DNA from: an uncultured Clostridia bacterium
Lineage (GTDB): Bacteria; Bacillota; Clostridia; TANB77; UBA1234
Reading direction: 5' to 3'
DNA: 64,000 nt
Assembly: GCA_934132775.1 (NCBI GenBank)
Contig: CAKPAA010000009.1
Location: 7,682-71,681, forward strand
The translations under genes and the position numbers were made by a program. Positions 31,326 through 41,545 of the stretch are shown piece after piece. The notes beneath the pieces are model-generated. The model did not search any database and was not told the origin of the DNA. It saw only the letters and a program-made list of their open reading frames with translations. Every line of letters begins with the position of its first letter. Position 1 is the first letter of the stretch.

Positions 31326-31654
31326 ATGTTTACTTAATATAGTATATGCAGTTTATTGCAATTTGTCAATAGTTTTTGTGACTTTTTTGTGAATTGCGGT
31401 CTTCTAATCAAAACATTTATGTTTCAAATATGCTTAATTGTGTTTAAATCTAAAATCTTTATAAAAATAAGTAGAGGCGTACCGCACTTCGTAAGTAAAA
31501 AATAATATCCAAAATCTAATAATCACGTATGCTGTACTCCTCTATATAAAACTACAAATAAGAACTTAACAAAATTTTAACTTGTACACATTCAATACAC
31601 TGTTCATAAGTTTAAAAGGCCGAGTGGTGCAATGTTTTTCCATATTTCTTCATA

Positions 31655-31696
31655 TCTGCAGAATTCTCTGCAGACCTCTGCAGAATTCTCTGCAGA
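31655..31696. repeat. array of four copies of the 8-bp palindrome TCTGCAGA (spacers ATTC, CC, ATTC)
   Basis: tctgcagaATTCtctgcagaCCtctgcagaATTCtctgcaga, read directly from the sequence. It lies immediately 3' of the minus-strand gene that ends at 31700. Confidence 0.7.
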
Positions 31697-31699
31697 ATT

Positions 31700-33112
31700 T
31701 TATTTTTTTATCCAAATAGGTTTTGCATCCGTTCCAGCATTTTCTATAAGTCCTTTATTTTTCAAATATGTTAATGCTGTTCTAACCCTATTATCCATCT
31801 TATCTACCGTACCATCTAACATCGGATACACAAAATCATTGATTTCTTTCCTGCTTTTTCCTTTTCCTGTTGATATAAGTTCATATAATAATCTTTTTAG
31901 TTCTTTTCCTTCTATGTAACCTTTATCTTCTAAATTTTCTAGTGGAATTTTTACTTTAAAAATTTCATCATCTTTAAATTCAGGAATTCCACCACTATAT
32001 ATTTTAGTATATTTTGCAATCTTTTTGATTCCAGATCCCAACTCATCTGCTAAACCAACTTCCTTAAAAAAATTAGCAATTTTAGGATTCTTTGGATATG
32101 GTGAATAGTTATTTAAATCTATAAAACCTATTATTCTCGGTTTGTTTGCGTTCTCTGTTGTTATAAATTCTTTGCCAATAATTAACTTTGCTGGATACGG
32201 ATTTGAATATTCTCTATGTATTAAAAGATTAGCACATAATTCACGAGCTATAACATCTCTAACGTTTATTCTTTGATCATCTTCAATATAAAATTTATCA
32301 TTTAAATGTTTCTTTATAAAATCTGTTAATCTTTCATAGCTTTCTAACAAATTAGTTTTTATATCATCCCTATCATCATATCTTTCTACATCCTTTACTT
32401 TAAGAATAGCATCAGTTCTATAATATGACAGTGCAGACGCAATAGCCTCATCCTTGCCTAATAATAAGATACATGCTAAATTTATTCCTTCTTCACCAGT
32501 TTGTAAATTTTTCTCATACAAAGCAGCACTTCTTAGCATCTCTATATCAGTCATTTTTGTCCACGGATGATTTGCTGTTCTATTGTTAGCCATTATTCTT
32601 GCTTTCTCTATTAAGTCAGTTCTCAAATCATCTAATTTAGCAAACGGATATATCTTATTTTCAATATATGTGCTACTCTTTCTAATATACAAATTTGAAA
32701 TTAGAGTAGTATTAGTTGTTATGTCAAAATCGCCATCTTCATTTCTATCATATATTTTGTTAGCAGTTTTATGGACATCTGAGCTTTCATAAACATAAAT
32801 ATACAGAATATGTTTTCCATCAATGATATACTCTTTTATATCTAAATGAGCTGTAGGAAATAATTTTTCTGGATTGTTGCATTGAGATACAAAGTCTTTT
32901 TTCATATTTTTTATACAATCCTTGTAAACGCCAACAATATCTCCATTATCATTTATTCCTAAAAAAATATGTCCACCATTTCTATTAAGCATTGCACATA
33001 TACTTTCAAATAAGCTATCTGGCAATTTTTTCTTTGCTTCTTTGAATTCTACTGTTATTCCTTCACCATTTTCTTTAATCCTTAATAAATTATCAGGCAA
33101 TTGTTCTTCCAT
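31700..33112 (-). CDS. AlbA_2 (Schlafen-like divergent AAA) + HATPase_c_4 domain protein (COG2865, RecG-C-terminal-like putative regulator)
   Basis: The N-terminus ITVEFKEAKKKLPDSLFESICAMLNRNGGHIFLGINDNGDIVGV is typical of the AlbA_2 domain. Length 470 aa. Confidence 0.65.
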   Translation of the reverse strand: MEEQLPDNLLRIKENGEGITVEFKEAKKKLPDSLFESICAMLNRNGGHIFLGINDNGDIVGVYKDCIKNMKKDFVSQCNNPEKLFPTAHLDIKEYIIDGKHILYIYVYESSDVHKTANKIYDRNEDGDFDITTNTTLISNLYIRKSSTYIENKIYPFAKLDDLRTDLIEKARIMANNRTANHPWTKMTDIEMLRSAALYEKNLQTGEEGINLACILLLGKDEAIASALSYYRTDAILKVKDVERYDDRDDIKTNLLESYERLTDFIKKHLNDKFYIEDDQRINVRDVIARELCANLLIHREYSNPYPAKLIIGKEFITTENANKPRIIGFIDLNNYSPYPKNPKIANFFKEVGLADELGSGIKKIAKYTKIYSGGIPEFKDDEIFKVKIPLENLEDKGYIEGKELKRLLYELISTGKGKSRKEINDFVYPMLDGTVDKMDNRVRTALTYLKNKGLIENAGTDAKPIWIKK

Positions 33113-33406
33113 TCAGCACCTCCTATATTATATTGTATCATATTCAATAATAATAATTTGTCATAATATGTGTAATCTGTTCAAAAAGCCCTTAAATTCT
33201 AATTTCAAATACACATCATATTTTTTTATTTTACGTAGCTCTTTACTATACATATATTATTGGATAATTATAACATATTTTCTTAGCCCAACATAGTATT
33301 TTTAAAATATCAAAAACCATTTTTATTTGCAAAAAGATTCGCACTTTCGTACGAATCTTTTTGATTGATATTATTCTTGGTTAGCAATTATGCTAACTGC
33401 ATTCTT

Positions 33407-33793
33407 TTATTCAGGGACGTAATCGAAAATTACGGTCATATCCATTTTTTCAATGACGTAAATTTCGATCTCTTTCTTATAATCAGCCTTCTTAGGCTTG
33501 CCGAAATGTTCAAGAGCGTCATGTACTTCACGAAGAGCTTTATATTTCGGCTTATGATTCTTTTTGCCGAGCTTGATATGCAAAACATTAGGATTAATTT
33601 TTTTGATTGCACCGATGTACTTTTCAATATCCGACTCATCAAATTCATCATCAAGGGTCACTACACATTTTAACTTAATAGACTTTTTCTTCCGTTTAAG
33701 ACTATCCAAGCGCTTCATTTCACCGAATGCTCCGAGGTTGGAAAAGTCACACTGAGAAAGTTCACTCGTAGTAACATTAAGCTTGACCTTCAT
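33407..33793 (-). CDS. hypothetical basic protein (128 aa), GC-elevated orphan
   Basis: Clean ORF with elevated GC (about 38-40%) between AT-rich flanks. Lys-rich. No motif recognised. Confidence 0.45.
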   Translation of the reverse strand: MKVKLNVTTSELSQCDFSNLGAFGEMKRLDSLKRKKKSIKLKCVVTLDDEFDESDIEKYIGAIKKINPNVLHIKLGKKNHKPKYKALREVHDALEHFGKPKKADYKKEIEIYVIEKMDMTVIFDYVPE

Positions 33794-33887
33794 AATGTTC
33801 TCCCTTCTTAGCTTTAATTATTAAAGCTAGGTCCACTGTTAACAATTTGTTTAAGATAAAATAACATATTTTGTTTGAAAAATCAAG

Positions 33888-34760
33888 CTATTTTGCTTCA
33901 TTCACCATTTTTTCTATTTCTTCTTTTGAAAAGTGATATTTTGTATTGCAAAAATGGCAAACTGTTTCTACACTTTCGTCTTTTGCTAGTTCTGCTATTT
34001 CTTTTTTACCTAAGCTTAATATTGCTTCTTCCATTCTTTCTTTTGAACAGTCACACTTCCATTGAATTTCCATATCTTCTACCATAAATGTGTTTAAATC
34101 ATCTGATATGTATGTCGCTATCTCTTCTAGTGTCATTCCGCTTTCTAACATTTCTGTTATTGGTTTACTTTCTGATACTCTTTTTTCAATTAGTGCTAAT
34201 ATTTCTTCTGGTGTATCTGGCAAGGTTTGTAAGATGTATCCTCCCGCTTTTTTTACACTTCCGTCTTTATTTACTAAAACACCCAAGGATACAACTGTTG
34301 GTATCTGTTCTGATGTTGCAAAATAATATGCGAAATCCTCTGCTATTTCACCTGTTTGCAAAGGCACCGTACCAACATATGGATTTCCAACTCCTATATC
34401 TCTTATTATTCTTAAATCGCCTTTTCCTACTACTGCACTTACATTCAATTTTCCATTCGGTTTTAAATCAGCTTCTGCTAATGGGTTTGATACGTATCCT
34501 TTAACATCTCCATTCGATTTTGCTGTTACTAATATAGAGCCTATTGGTCCATCACCAAGTATTTGTAGTGTAAGTTTGTCTGTTTCGTTTTTCATCATTG
34601 TGCCCATTAGTGTTCCCATTGTTAGGACTCTTCCTAATGCTGCTGTTGGTGTTGGATTTAATCCATGTATTTTTCTTGCTTCTTCTACTATATCAGTAGT
34701 ATCTGCACACGATATTTTTACCATTTCTACGTGTGACAAAAATTTCTTTAATGTTCCCAT
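33888..34760 (-). CDS. hslO: Hsp33 redox-regulated chaperone
   Basis: C-terminal CDCS...CHFC zinc centre. 290 aa. Confidence 0.9.
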   Translation of the reverse strand: MGTLKKFLSHVEMVKISCADTTDIVEEARKIHGLNPTPTAALGRVLTMGTLMGTMMKNETDKLTLQILGDGPIGSILVTAKSNGDVKGYVSNPLAEADLKPNGKLNVSAVVGKGDLRIIRDIGVGNPYVGTVPLQTGEIAEDFAYYFATSEQIPTVVSLGVLVNKDGSVKKAGGYILQTLPDTPEEILALIEKRVSESKPITEMLESGMTLEEIATYISDDLNTFMVEDMEIQWKCDCSKERMEEAILSLGKKEIAELAKDESVETVCHFCNTKYHFSKEEIEKMVNEAK

Positions 34761-34911
34761 TTCTCTTTCCTCCGTTTTATTTTTATAATAATTTTCTCAA
34801 CTTTCAGTGTCCAATTTTCTGTACTTTTGTTTTTATATATTACATCTATCTATTTAAAATATTAAACCTCGCATATTTTTATGCGAGGTTTTAATCCGGG
34901 TTTATATATAT

Positions 34912-35121
34912 TTACACTGTTGCAATTGTTGTAACGTTAGCAGCTTGAGGACCTGCTTTTCCGTCAACTATATCAAATTGAACTTCTGCACCTTCATCTA
35001 GTGTTTTGTAACCGTCCATTGAAATAGCTGAGTAGTGAACAAATACATCAGTACCACTTTCTCTTTCAATAAATCCAAATCCTTTCTCAGCGTTAAACCA
35101 CTTAACTTTTCCTCTTTCCAT
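34912..35121 (-). CDS. cspA: cold-shock protein (CspA family)
   Basis: [22 protein letters not shown] motifs. 69 aa. Confidence 0.9.
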   Translation of the reverse strand: MERGKVKWFNAEKGFGFIERESGTDVFVHYSAISMDGYKTLDEGAEVQFDIVDGKAGPQAANVTTIATV

Positions 35122-35224
35122 CTTTTATTTCCTCCACTTCTTTAGTACTATAAATTGCCACTGCAATTTAGTTTAGTTTATCATAGTAGAATATCATTGT
35201 CAAACCATATAAAAATATTTTATC

Positions 35225-36484
35225 TTATTTTATTAACGTTTTCATTACTTCTACTGCCTTGTCTAATTGCTCATCTGCTTCTGTTGTTGGATCATTTTCG
35301 ATTTCATAATCTGGTGCAACACCTATTTTATTGATTTTGTTTCCTTTTGGTGAGAAGTATTCGCTTATTGTTACTTTTACATATGTGCCATCTTTTAGGC
35401 TCTTAAATTCTTGTACTAGGCCTTTTCCATATGAAGTTGTTCCTACTACCACACCATTATCTGCATCTTTTATAGCTGCTGCTGTTATTTCTGATGCACT
35501 TGCTGAATTTTCGTTTACTATTACTACTATTGGCATATCCACACATCTTGAATCTGAATATATATATTCTTTGTTTCCTTTTTTGTCTACGGTGTATGTT
35601 ATAACACCTGTTGGAAGCAATTCATCAACAATTTCACTTGCTGCCGTTAATAATCCACCTGGATTATTTCTCAAATCTATTATTAAGCCTTTTATATGTT
35701 TTTGATTTACTAATTCATTTAATGCTGTTTTAAATTGTCCTGCAACTTTTTCATCAAATGATTCAAAAGCGACATATCCAATATTGTTTTCAAGCACTTT
35801 ATATTGGAATGGATATAAGTCTATTTTTCTTCTTGTTAATGTTTTCTCATACTTTTCTGTTGTTCCATCTTCATTTGCTCTTGAAAACTTTATTTTTACA
35901 GATGTTCCATCTTTGCCTTTTACTCTTCCAGCAACTTCTTCTAGCGATGCACCTGTTACGTCTTCTCCGTCTATTTCAATGATATAATCCCCTGTTAATA
36001 CTCCTGCTTCTTCTGCTGGTGAGCCCTTTATTGGCAATATTACCATTGTTAAGTTCTTTGAGGTGTCTATTGTTAAGTACATTCCAACGCCTTCATACTC
36101 TCCTTCTGTTTCTGTCAAAAATTCTTTTGTTTGTTCTTCATTAAAATAACTTGTATATGGCTCATCTAATGCACTTAACATTCCTTTTATTGCACCTTCT
36201 TCAAGTTTTTCAGTATCATAATCAAATAAGTAATCTTGTTGCAATATTTTTAATATGTTATCTAATTTTTTAAAGTTATCGCCAGAAGTTGTGTAATAAT
36301 CTAGCCAATAATTTTCGCTTTGTAATCTTATCTTTGTATAGTGATATGACATCACAATGTATACAACTAATGCTGTTATTATCATCCATAAAATCGTATC
36401 TATCGAAAATCCTCTTTTGTTCTTTTGATTGTTTTCTTCCATATTTACTAACCAATCCTTTCTTTGCTTTGTTAAACAAAGCAT
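35225..36484 (-). CDS. ctpA: S41 carboxyl-terminal processing protease with PDZ domain
   Basis: N-terminal TM, PDZ (GDYIIEIDGEDV), S41 core (NENSASASEI). The start may be MEENNQ at 36442. Confidence 0.85.
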   Translation of the reverse strand: MLCLTKQRKDWLVNMEENNQKNKRGFSIDTILWMIITALVVYIVMSYHYTKIRLQSENYWLDYYTTSGDNFKKLDNILKILQQDYLFDYDTEKLEEGAIKGMLSALDEPYTSYFNEEQTKEFLTETEGEYEGVGMYLTIDTSKNLTMVILPIKGSPAEEAGVLTGDYIIEIDGEDVTGASLEEVAGRVKGKDGTSVKIKFSRANEDGTTEKYEKTLTRRKIDLYPFQYKVLENNIGYVAFESFDEKVAGQFKTALNELVNQKHIKGLIIDLRNNPGGLLTAASEIVDELLPTGVITYTVDKKGNKEYIYSDSRCVDMPIVVIVNENSASASEITAAAIKDADNGVVVGTTSYGKGLVQEFKSLKDGTYVKVTISEYFSPKGNKINKIGVAPDYEIENDPTTEADEQLDKAVEVMKTLIK

Positions 36485-36491
36485 TTAATAT

Positions 36492-37686
36492 TTATTTTTC
36501 AAATCTTTCTTTTTTACCATTGCATAGCAACAAACTTGTAACAACTGTTGTAAATGGGATTGTTGCAACTAATCCAAAGCTTCCAGCTATTGCTCTTAAA
36601 ACTTCTTCTATCATCATTTCTTGATTTATTATTTCATAGAATGCTAAGTCTGCTCCCATAAATATCATTATTGTTATTATTGCTCCACCTGTATATGCCA
36701 ATATTAGTGTGTTTGTCATTGTTCCCATCATATCTCTTCCAATATTCATTCCTGCTTTTATCATTTTTACGAGTGTTATATCTGGTGATTCACGTTTTAG
36801 TTCATATAATGCAGAAGCAATTGACATACTAACATCCATACAAGCACCTAACGCACCTATTATTATTCCTGCAAATAATATTCCTTTAAAGTCTATTATT
36901 GAGGCATCCATAACGCTTACTAATAGTCTTGCATCTTCACATACTCCTGAAAGTTGCATTAGATTTCCAAATATGATTGCGAACAAACCAGCTATTATTA
37001 TTCCACAAGATGTGCCTATCATTGCTGCCAGTGCCTTTTTATTAAATCCTGCAATTATAACCAAACTTATTACAGTTATTATTATTGAAATTATTGTTGA
37101 AATAAACAAAGGATTTGTTCCTTTCATTATTTCTGGTATTACAATACTAAATACTGCAAGTACTGTTATTATTAAACTTATTAACGCTTTGACGCCTTTT
37201 ACTCCGGCCTATTACAACTATTGCACCAGCATATAGTAATACTATTGTTAGCAAATATCCATTATTATTTTTATATGAAATTTCTGTATTTGTTATTTTT
37301 CCATTTTCAAATGTTGTGTATACATACACTTTATCTCCTTTTTTCAATGGTTCGTTTGTTATCATTATGTCACTGTAATATGAAATAGAATATTTCATCA
37401 TCTTTGTTGTTGTATAGCCTTGATCTTTTATATACACTTTTACATCTTGGTACTTAAAAGTATCATATCCAGCTGATTCTTCATACACTTCACCTGCTTC
37501 AATTACAGTTCCTCTCAACGTTTTAAAACTGTAATCTGCTGTTTCTTGTATTTCTCCACTTGCGAAGCAAACACTTGAAATGCACAAAAGTACCATAAAT
37601 AAGCAAAAAATTTTTCTCACATTATCACTCTCCAAAATTTTATCATAATACTTATTTATTGTACTACTAGATATTTTTAAAATCAA
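36492..37686 (-). pseudogene. YibE/F-family membrane protein, split by a +1 frameshift near 37127-37215 (ORFs 37147..37686 and 36492..37127)
   Basis: The N-terminal exported domain plus first TM lie in one frame and the multi-TM C-terminal half in another. Removing one base at GGCCGGA restores a continuous ...IVVIGGVKGVKALISLIITVLAVFSIVIPEIMKGTNPLFI... reading. Confidence 0.55.
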
Positions 37687-37727
37687 TTTAACTCATAAAG
37701 TTTTCACATAAATTTATTTTCATATTA

Positions 37728-38601
37728 TTACTTTCTCACATATACCCCCCCTATACTTTTTTCAACTAAACCTTGCATTTCTAGTAGCGTTAATTTATAT
37801 AAAATCTCATCTATATTTAGTTTTGTTTCAATAGATATTTGATTTATATCTTTTCCTACCGTGTTTAATGAAATATATACATCTAGTAATTCCTCTGGAA
37901 TATCTGTTTTTTCATTTGGAAGTTTAATATTTTTTACTTTTTCTAAATAATTAGATAGTTCTTCGAATGACGTAATACTTTTCTCTCCATTTTTTATCAA
38001 TTCATTACTTCCGTTTATATCTATAATCTTCTGCATTTCCAGGAACAACCAATATCGATTTTCTTAATTTTTGAGCATACTTTACCGTCACTAATGACCC
38101 ACTTTTTTCTTTTGCTTCTATTACAATAACAACATCTGCAAGTGCAGCTATTAACCTATTTCGCAAGCTAAAAAAATATGGCTGTGTTTGTTCCTTTGCT
38201 CCGTGTTCCGATACTATTAAACCATTATTTTCTATTATTTCATCTATTAGATATCTATTTTGCTTTGGATAAATTTTATCAAATCCTGTTCCAAGCACTG
38301 CAACTGTTTGTGCATTATTTTTTACACACTCTGAATGTGCTATTCCATCAATTCCTTTTGCAAAGCCGCTTACAATTATTATCCCCGCTCTTGCAAGTTT
38401 TTCTCCAATTTTTCTTGCTATTTTCATACTTTCAAAGCTACATTCTCTTGCTCCTATAATTGCAACCATAAAACTATTTAATATTTCCACATTTCCCATT
38501 GCATAAATCCTTTGTGGGCAATCTTTTAGCTTTTTAAATTTATTTGGAAATAGTATATCATCTTTTTTTATTATATTTATTTTATGTTCTTTTCTAAGCA
38601 T
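37728..38601 (-). pseudogene. dprA: DNA-processing protein DprA, frameshifted just after the conserved VPGN (ORFs 38005..38601 and 37728..38048)
   Basis: The Rossmann-fold part ends ...VVPGNAEDYRYKRK*. The +1 frame continues IIDINGSNELIKNGEKSITSFEEL and the C-terminal winged helix, matching the DprA consensus. Confidence 0.55.
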
Positions 38602-38622
38602 TTTTACCTCTTTTTATAATGA

Positions 38623-38991
38623 CTATGGTTTATCTTCAATAGCACGTTCTAAATGAATTATTTTTATATCTTTTTCACTATTTGCATATATTTCAACAAC
38701 ATCTAAGGTTATATCTTTTTTTGCTATCTTATTTTTTAATATATAGTATTCAGCAGTTTTATACATATGTTTTCTTTTCATGTAAGTTATAGCATCTGCT
38801 GGAGAACCAAAAGTATTTTTTCTTCTTGTTTTTACTTCAACAAATGTCAATATTCCTTTTCTCTTAACTATTAAATCTATTTCGCCTAATACACATCTAA
38901 AATTTCTATCTATTATATTGTAGCCTTTATTTTCTAAGTATTCAGCAGCTATTTCTTCTCCACTTTTTCCTAACAATTGTTTTAAATTCAT
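38623..38991 (-). CDS. yraN: YraN-family (UPF0102) endonuclease
   Basis: 122 aa with GEIDLI...VEVKTR motifs. Confidence 0.8.
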   Translation of the reverse strand: MNLKQLLGKSGEEIAAEYLENKGYNIIDRNFRCVLGEIDLIVKRKGILTFVEVKTRRKNTFGSPADAITYMKRKHMYKTAEYYILKNKIAKKDITLDVVEIYANSEKDIKIIHLERAIEDKP

Positions 38992-40527
38992 TTAATTATC
39001 CCACCACTTTCTATCTAATGAACGATACTGTATTGCTTCTGCAACATCGCTTACCTTTATATTTTTTCTTTCTGCTAAATCTGCAATTGTCCTCGCAACC
39101 TTTAGTATTCGTGTATATGTTCTTGCCGTAAATCCAAATTTATTAAACGCCATTTCTAACATTCTTTTTGACTGTTCATCTAGCACGCAAAATTCTTCTA
39201 TCATATTGGGTGTTAAATCTGAATTTGAAAATATATTGTAATTCTTGTATCTTTCTGCTTGAATTTTCTTTGCTATATTTACTCTTTTTCTAATTATTTC
39301 TGATGATTCGCTTGCTCTTGTATCTGATAGCTTATCGTAATCAACACTATTTACTTCTATATGTAAATCAATTCTGTCCAAAATTGGTCCACTAATCCTT
39401 TTCATATATTTTGATATTTCCACTGGCGAACATACACATTTTCTTTTTGTATCTGTCGCATATCCACACGGACATGGGTTCATACTTGCAACAAATATAA
39501 AATTACAAGGATATGTTAAAGTGCAGTTCATTCTTGAAATTGTGACTTCTTTGTCTTCTAGCGGTCCACGCATAACTTCTAATGCCTTTCTATCAAACTC
39601 TGGCAATTCATCTAAAAATAATACTCCATAATGAGCAAGACTCATTTCTCCTGGTTTTGGAATCCTACCTCCTCCTGTTAGTGCTATTCCAGAAGTTGTG
39701 TGATGTGGAGACCTAAATGGTCTTGTCGTAATTAAAGATTTGTTGCTTGGTAAAGTTCCTGCAATACTGTGTATTTTGGTTACTTCCAAAGCTTCTTCAA
39801 ATGTTAAATCTGGCAATATTGTTGTTAGTCTTTTAGATAACATTGTTTTACCAGAACCAGGGCTTCCGATAAGTAAACAGTTATGTGCGCCTGCTGCGAC
39901 AATTTCCAAAGCTCTTTTCACATTTTCTTGTCCTTTCACATCAGCAAAATCTATACTATCACAAGGCATATTTGAAAATAAATTTTCAGTATCAACTGTA
40001 AAGTTTTCTATCTTATTTATTCCATTTAGGTGTTCAACAACTTGCATTAAAGTCTCTGCTGGATAAACTTCTAAATCTTTCACTACTCCTGCTTCTAATC
40101 TGTTTTCATAAGGAACAATAATTTTATTTATTCCAAGTTTATATGCTTCGATGCACATTGGTAAAATTCCATTCACTCTGTTTATTTTTCCGTCTAATGA
40201 CAACTCACCAATAATCACGTATTCATTTAATTCTGTCGAATTTATTATTTCCAAATTATTTAATATTCCAACTGCAATTGGCAAATCAAAAGATGAACCT
40301 TCCTTTCTTGTATAAGCAGGTGCAAGATTTACAACTATCTTTTTACTCTTAAAATCAAAACCTGAATTTCTTATGGCCGTCCTAACTCTTTCTTTTGATT
40401 CTTTTACACTAACATCAGGAAGTCCAACAATTTCCCACGATGGTAATCCAACGTTTATATCTACTTCTACATTAACTAAATATCCATTTAATCCTTGCAG
40501 TGATATGCTGTGTATATTTGATAACAT
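38992..40527 (-). CDS. comM: YifB/ComM family Mg-chelatase-like AAA+ ATPase
   Basis: N-terminal Lon-like domain, Walker A GSPGSGKT, C-terminal domain. 511 aa. Confidence 0.9.
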   Translation of the reverse strand: MLSNIHSISLQGLNGYLVNVEVDINVGLPSWEIVGLPDVSVKESKERVRTAIRNSGFDFKSKKIVVNLAPAYTRKEGSSFDLPIAVGILNNLEIINSTELNEYVIIGELSLDGKINRVNGILPMCIEAYKLGINKIIVPYENRLEAGVVKDLEVYPAETLMQVVEHLNGINKIENFTVDTENLFSNMPCDSIDFADVKGQENVKRALEIVAAGAHNCLLIGSPGSGKTMLSKRLTTILPDLTFEEALEVTKIHSIAGTLPSNKSLITTRPFRSPHHTTSGIALTGGGRIPKPGEMSLAHYGVLFLDELPEFDRKALEVMRGPLEDKEVTISRMNCTLTYPCNFIFVASMNPCPCGYATDTKRKCVCSPVEISKYMKRISGPILDRIDLHIEVNSVDYDKLSDTRASESSEIIRKRVNIAKKIQAERYKNYNIFSNSDLTPNMIEEFCVLDEQSKRMLEMAFNKFGFTARTYTRILKVARTIADLAERKNIKVSDVAEAIQYRSLDRKWWDN

Positions 40528-40605
40528 ATTTTATTTTTTCCTTTCTTTTTATTTTCAAATGTATTTACTAATGCTATAATGTTTTTATGTATAAAGGAGG
40601 ATTAT

Positions 40606-41496
40606 ATGAAAAAGAATAATAATGGTGTTTCACTTATGTCGCTGGTTATTACAATTATAATTCTACTGATAATTGCCAGTATGTCTATTTATTATGGAGT
40701 AACAAAAAATATTGATACAACAACTTCGACTGTTTCTTATGGAGAGGTTTTTGAAGTTTGTGAAGCTGTTTCACAACGTGCCTTAATGAACAAATTAAAT
40801 GCATCCTTATACCCTCTAATTGGCACAAAATTATCTGACGCTTCGCCAGTAACTGTTGATAATATTAATTATGGAGACGACTGGTATAGAATCGAAACAA
40901 CAGAAGATTTTTCAAATTTAAGTTTGGAAAATGTTAAAAGAAGTTATTTAGTAAACTATATAACAAGTGAAGTTGTCACTGAATCTCCTGTAACATATGA
41001 AAATAATAAATATTACAATTCAACTGATTTAAAAAATGCAATAAATGGCACTTCATCTTCTGTCTCAAATGATATGTATGATGTTCAAAAAGGTGTAAAT
41101 AAACCTGCACTTGTTAAAGGAATGGTGCCTGTAAAGAATGTAAATGGTACTTGGATTGTTACAGATTCGAGCGATGACGAATGGTATGACTATTCTCAAG
41201 AAAATAAAATTTGGGCTAACGTTATGCTAATGGATGAACTTACTGTATCGGGATATACGAATGCTGAAATTCGTTCAACTTCTCTTTCTGATTTAAAAGG
41301 TAAAGTAGTTACAAATAACGGCAGTATGCTTGTTTGGATTCCCAGATATTCAGTAAATTCAGCAAATGAAATTGTTTATAGCAATTTATTAAATGACTAT
41401 GTTTCAGATGGATATAGTGTTCCGGAGGCTTTTAAAGAAAATAATTCTAACTTAACAGGAATTTGGGTTAGTAAATACGATGTTGAATATAAATAG
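40606..41496 (+). CDS. type IV pilin-like / pseudopilin-like protein (296 aa) with a non-canonical Ser at +5
   Basis: MKKNNNG|VSLMSLVITIIILLIIASMSIYYG matches a class III (prepilin) signal. RBS GGAGG lies 6 nt upstream of ATG 40606. It shares a post-TM motif with the two pilin-like genes at 60.5-61.6 kb. Confidence 0.5.
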   Translation: MKKNNNGVSLMSLVITIIILLIIASMSIYYGVTKNIDTTTSTVSYGEVFEVCEAVSQRALMNKLNASLYPLIGTKLSDASPVTVDNINYGDDWYRIETTEDFSNLSLENVKRSYLVNYITSEVVTESPVTYENNKYYNSTDLKNAINGTSSSVSNDMYDVQKGVNKPALVKGMVPVKNVNGTWIVTDSSDDEWYDYSQENKIWANVMLMDELTVSGYTNAEIRSTSLSDLKGKVVTNNGSMLVWIPRYSVNSANEIVYSNLLNDYVSDGYSVPEAFKENNSNLTGIWVSKYDVEYK

Positions 41497-41513
41497 ATAA
41501 AAATTTATTGATA

Positions 41514-41545
41514 GTGAGCAGATATGTCTGCTCATTTTTTATTTG
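41514..41545 (+). terminator. rho-independent terminator after the pilin-like gene
   Basis: tgagcaga-tatg-tctgctca followed by TTTTTTATTT. Confidence 0.5.

Noticed and set aside
31632-31919. Plus-strand ORF 31632..31919 spanning the palindrome array
   Set aside because: Low-complexity translation antisense to the 3' end of the Schlafen-like gene, with no RBS. Spurious.
34088-34504. Leu-rich plus-strand ORFs antisense to hslO and ctpA (34088..34504, 35758..35987)
   Set aside because: Antisense low-complexity frames within well-supported genes.
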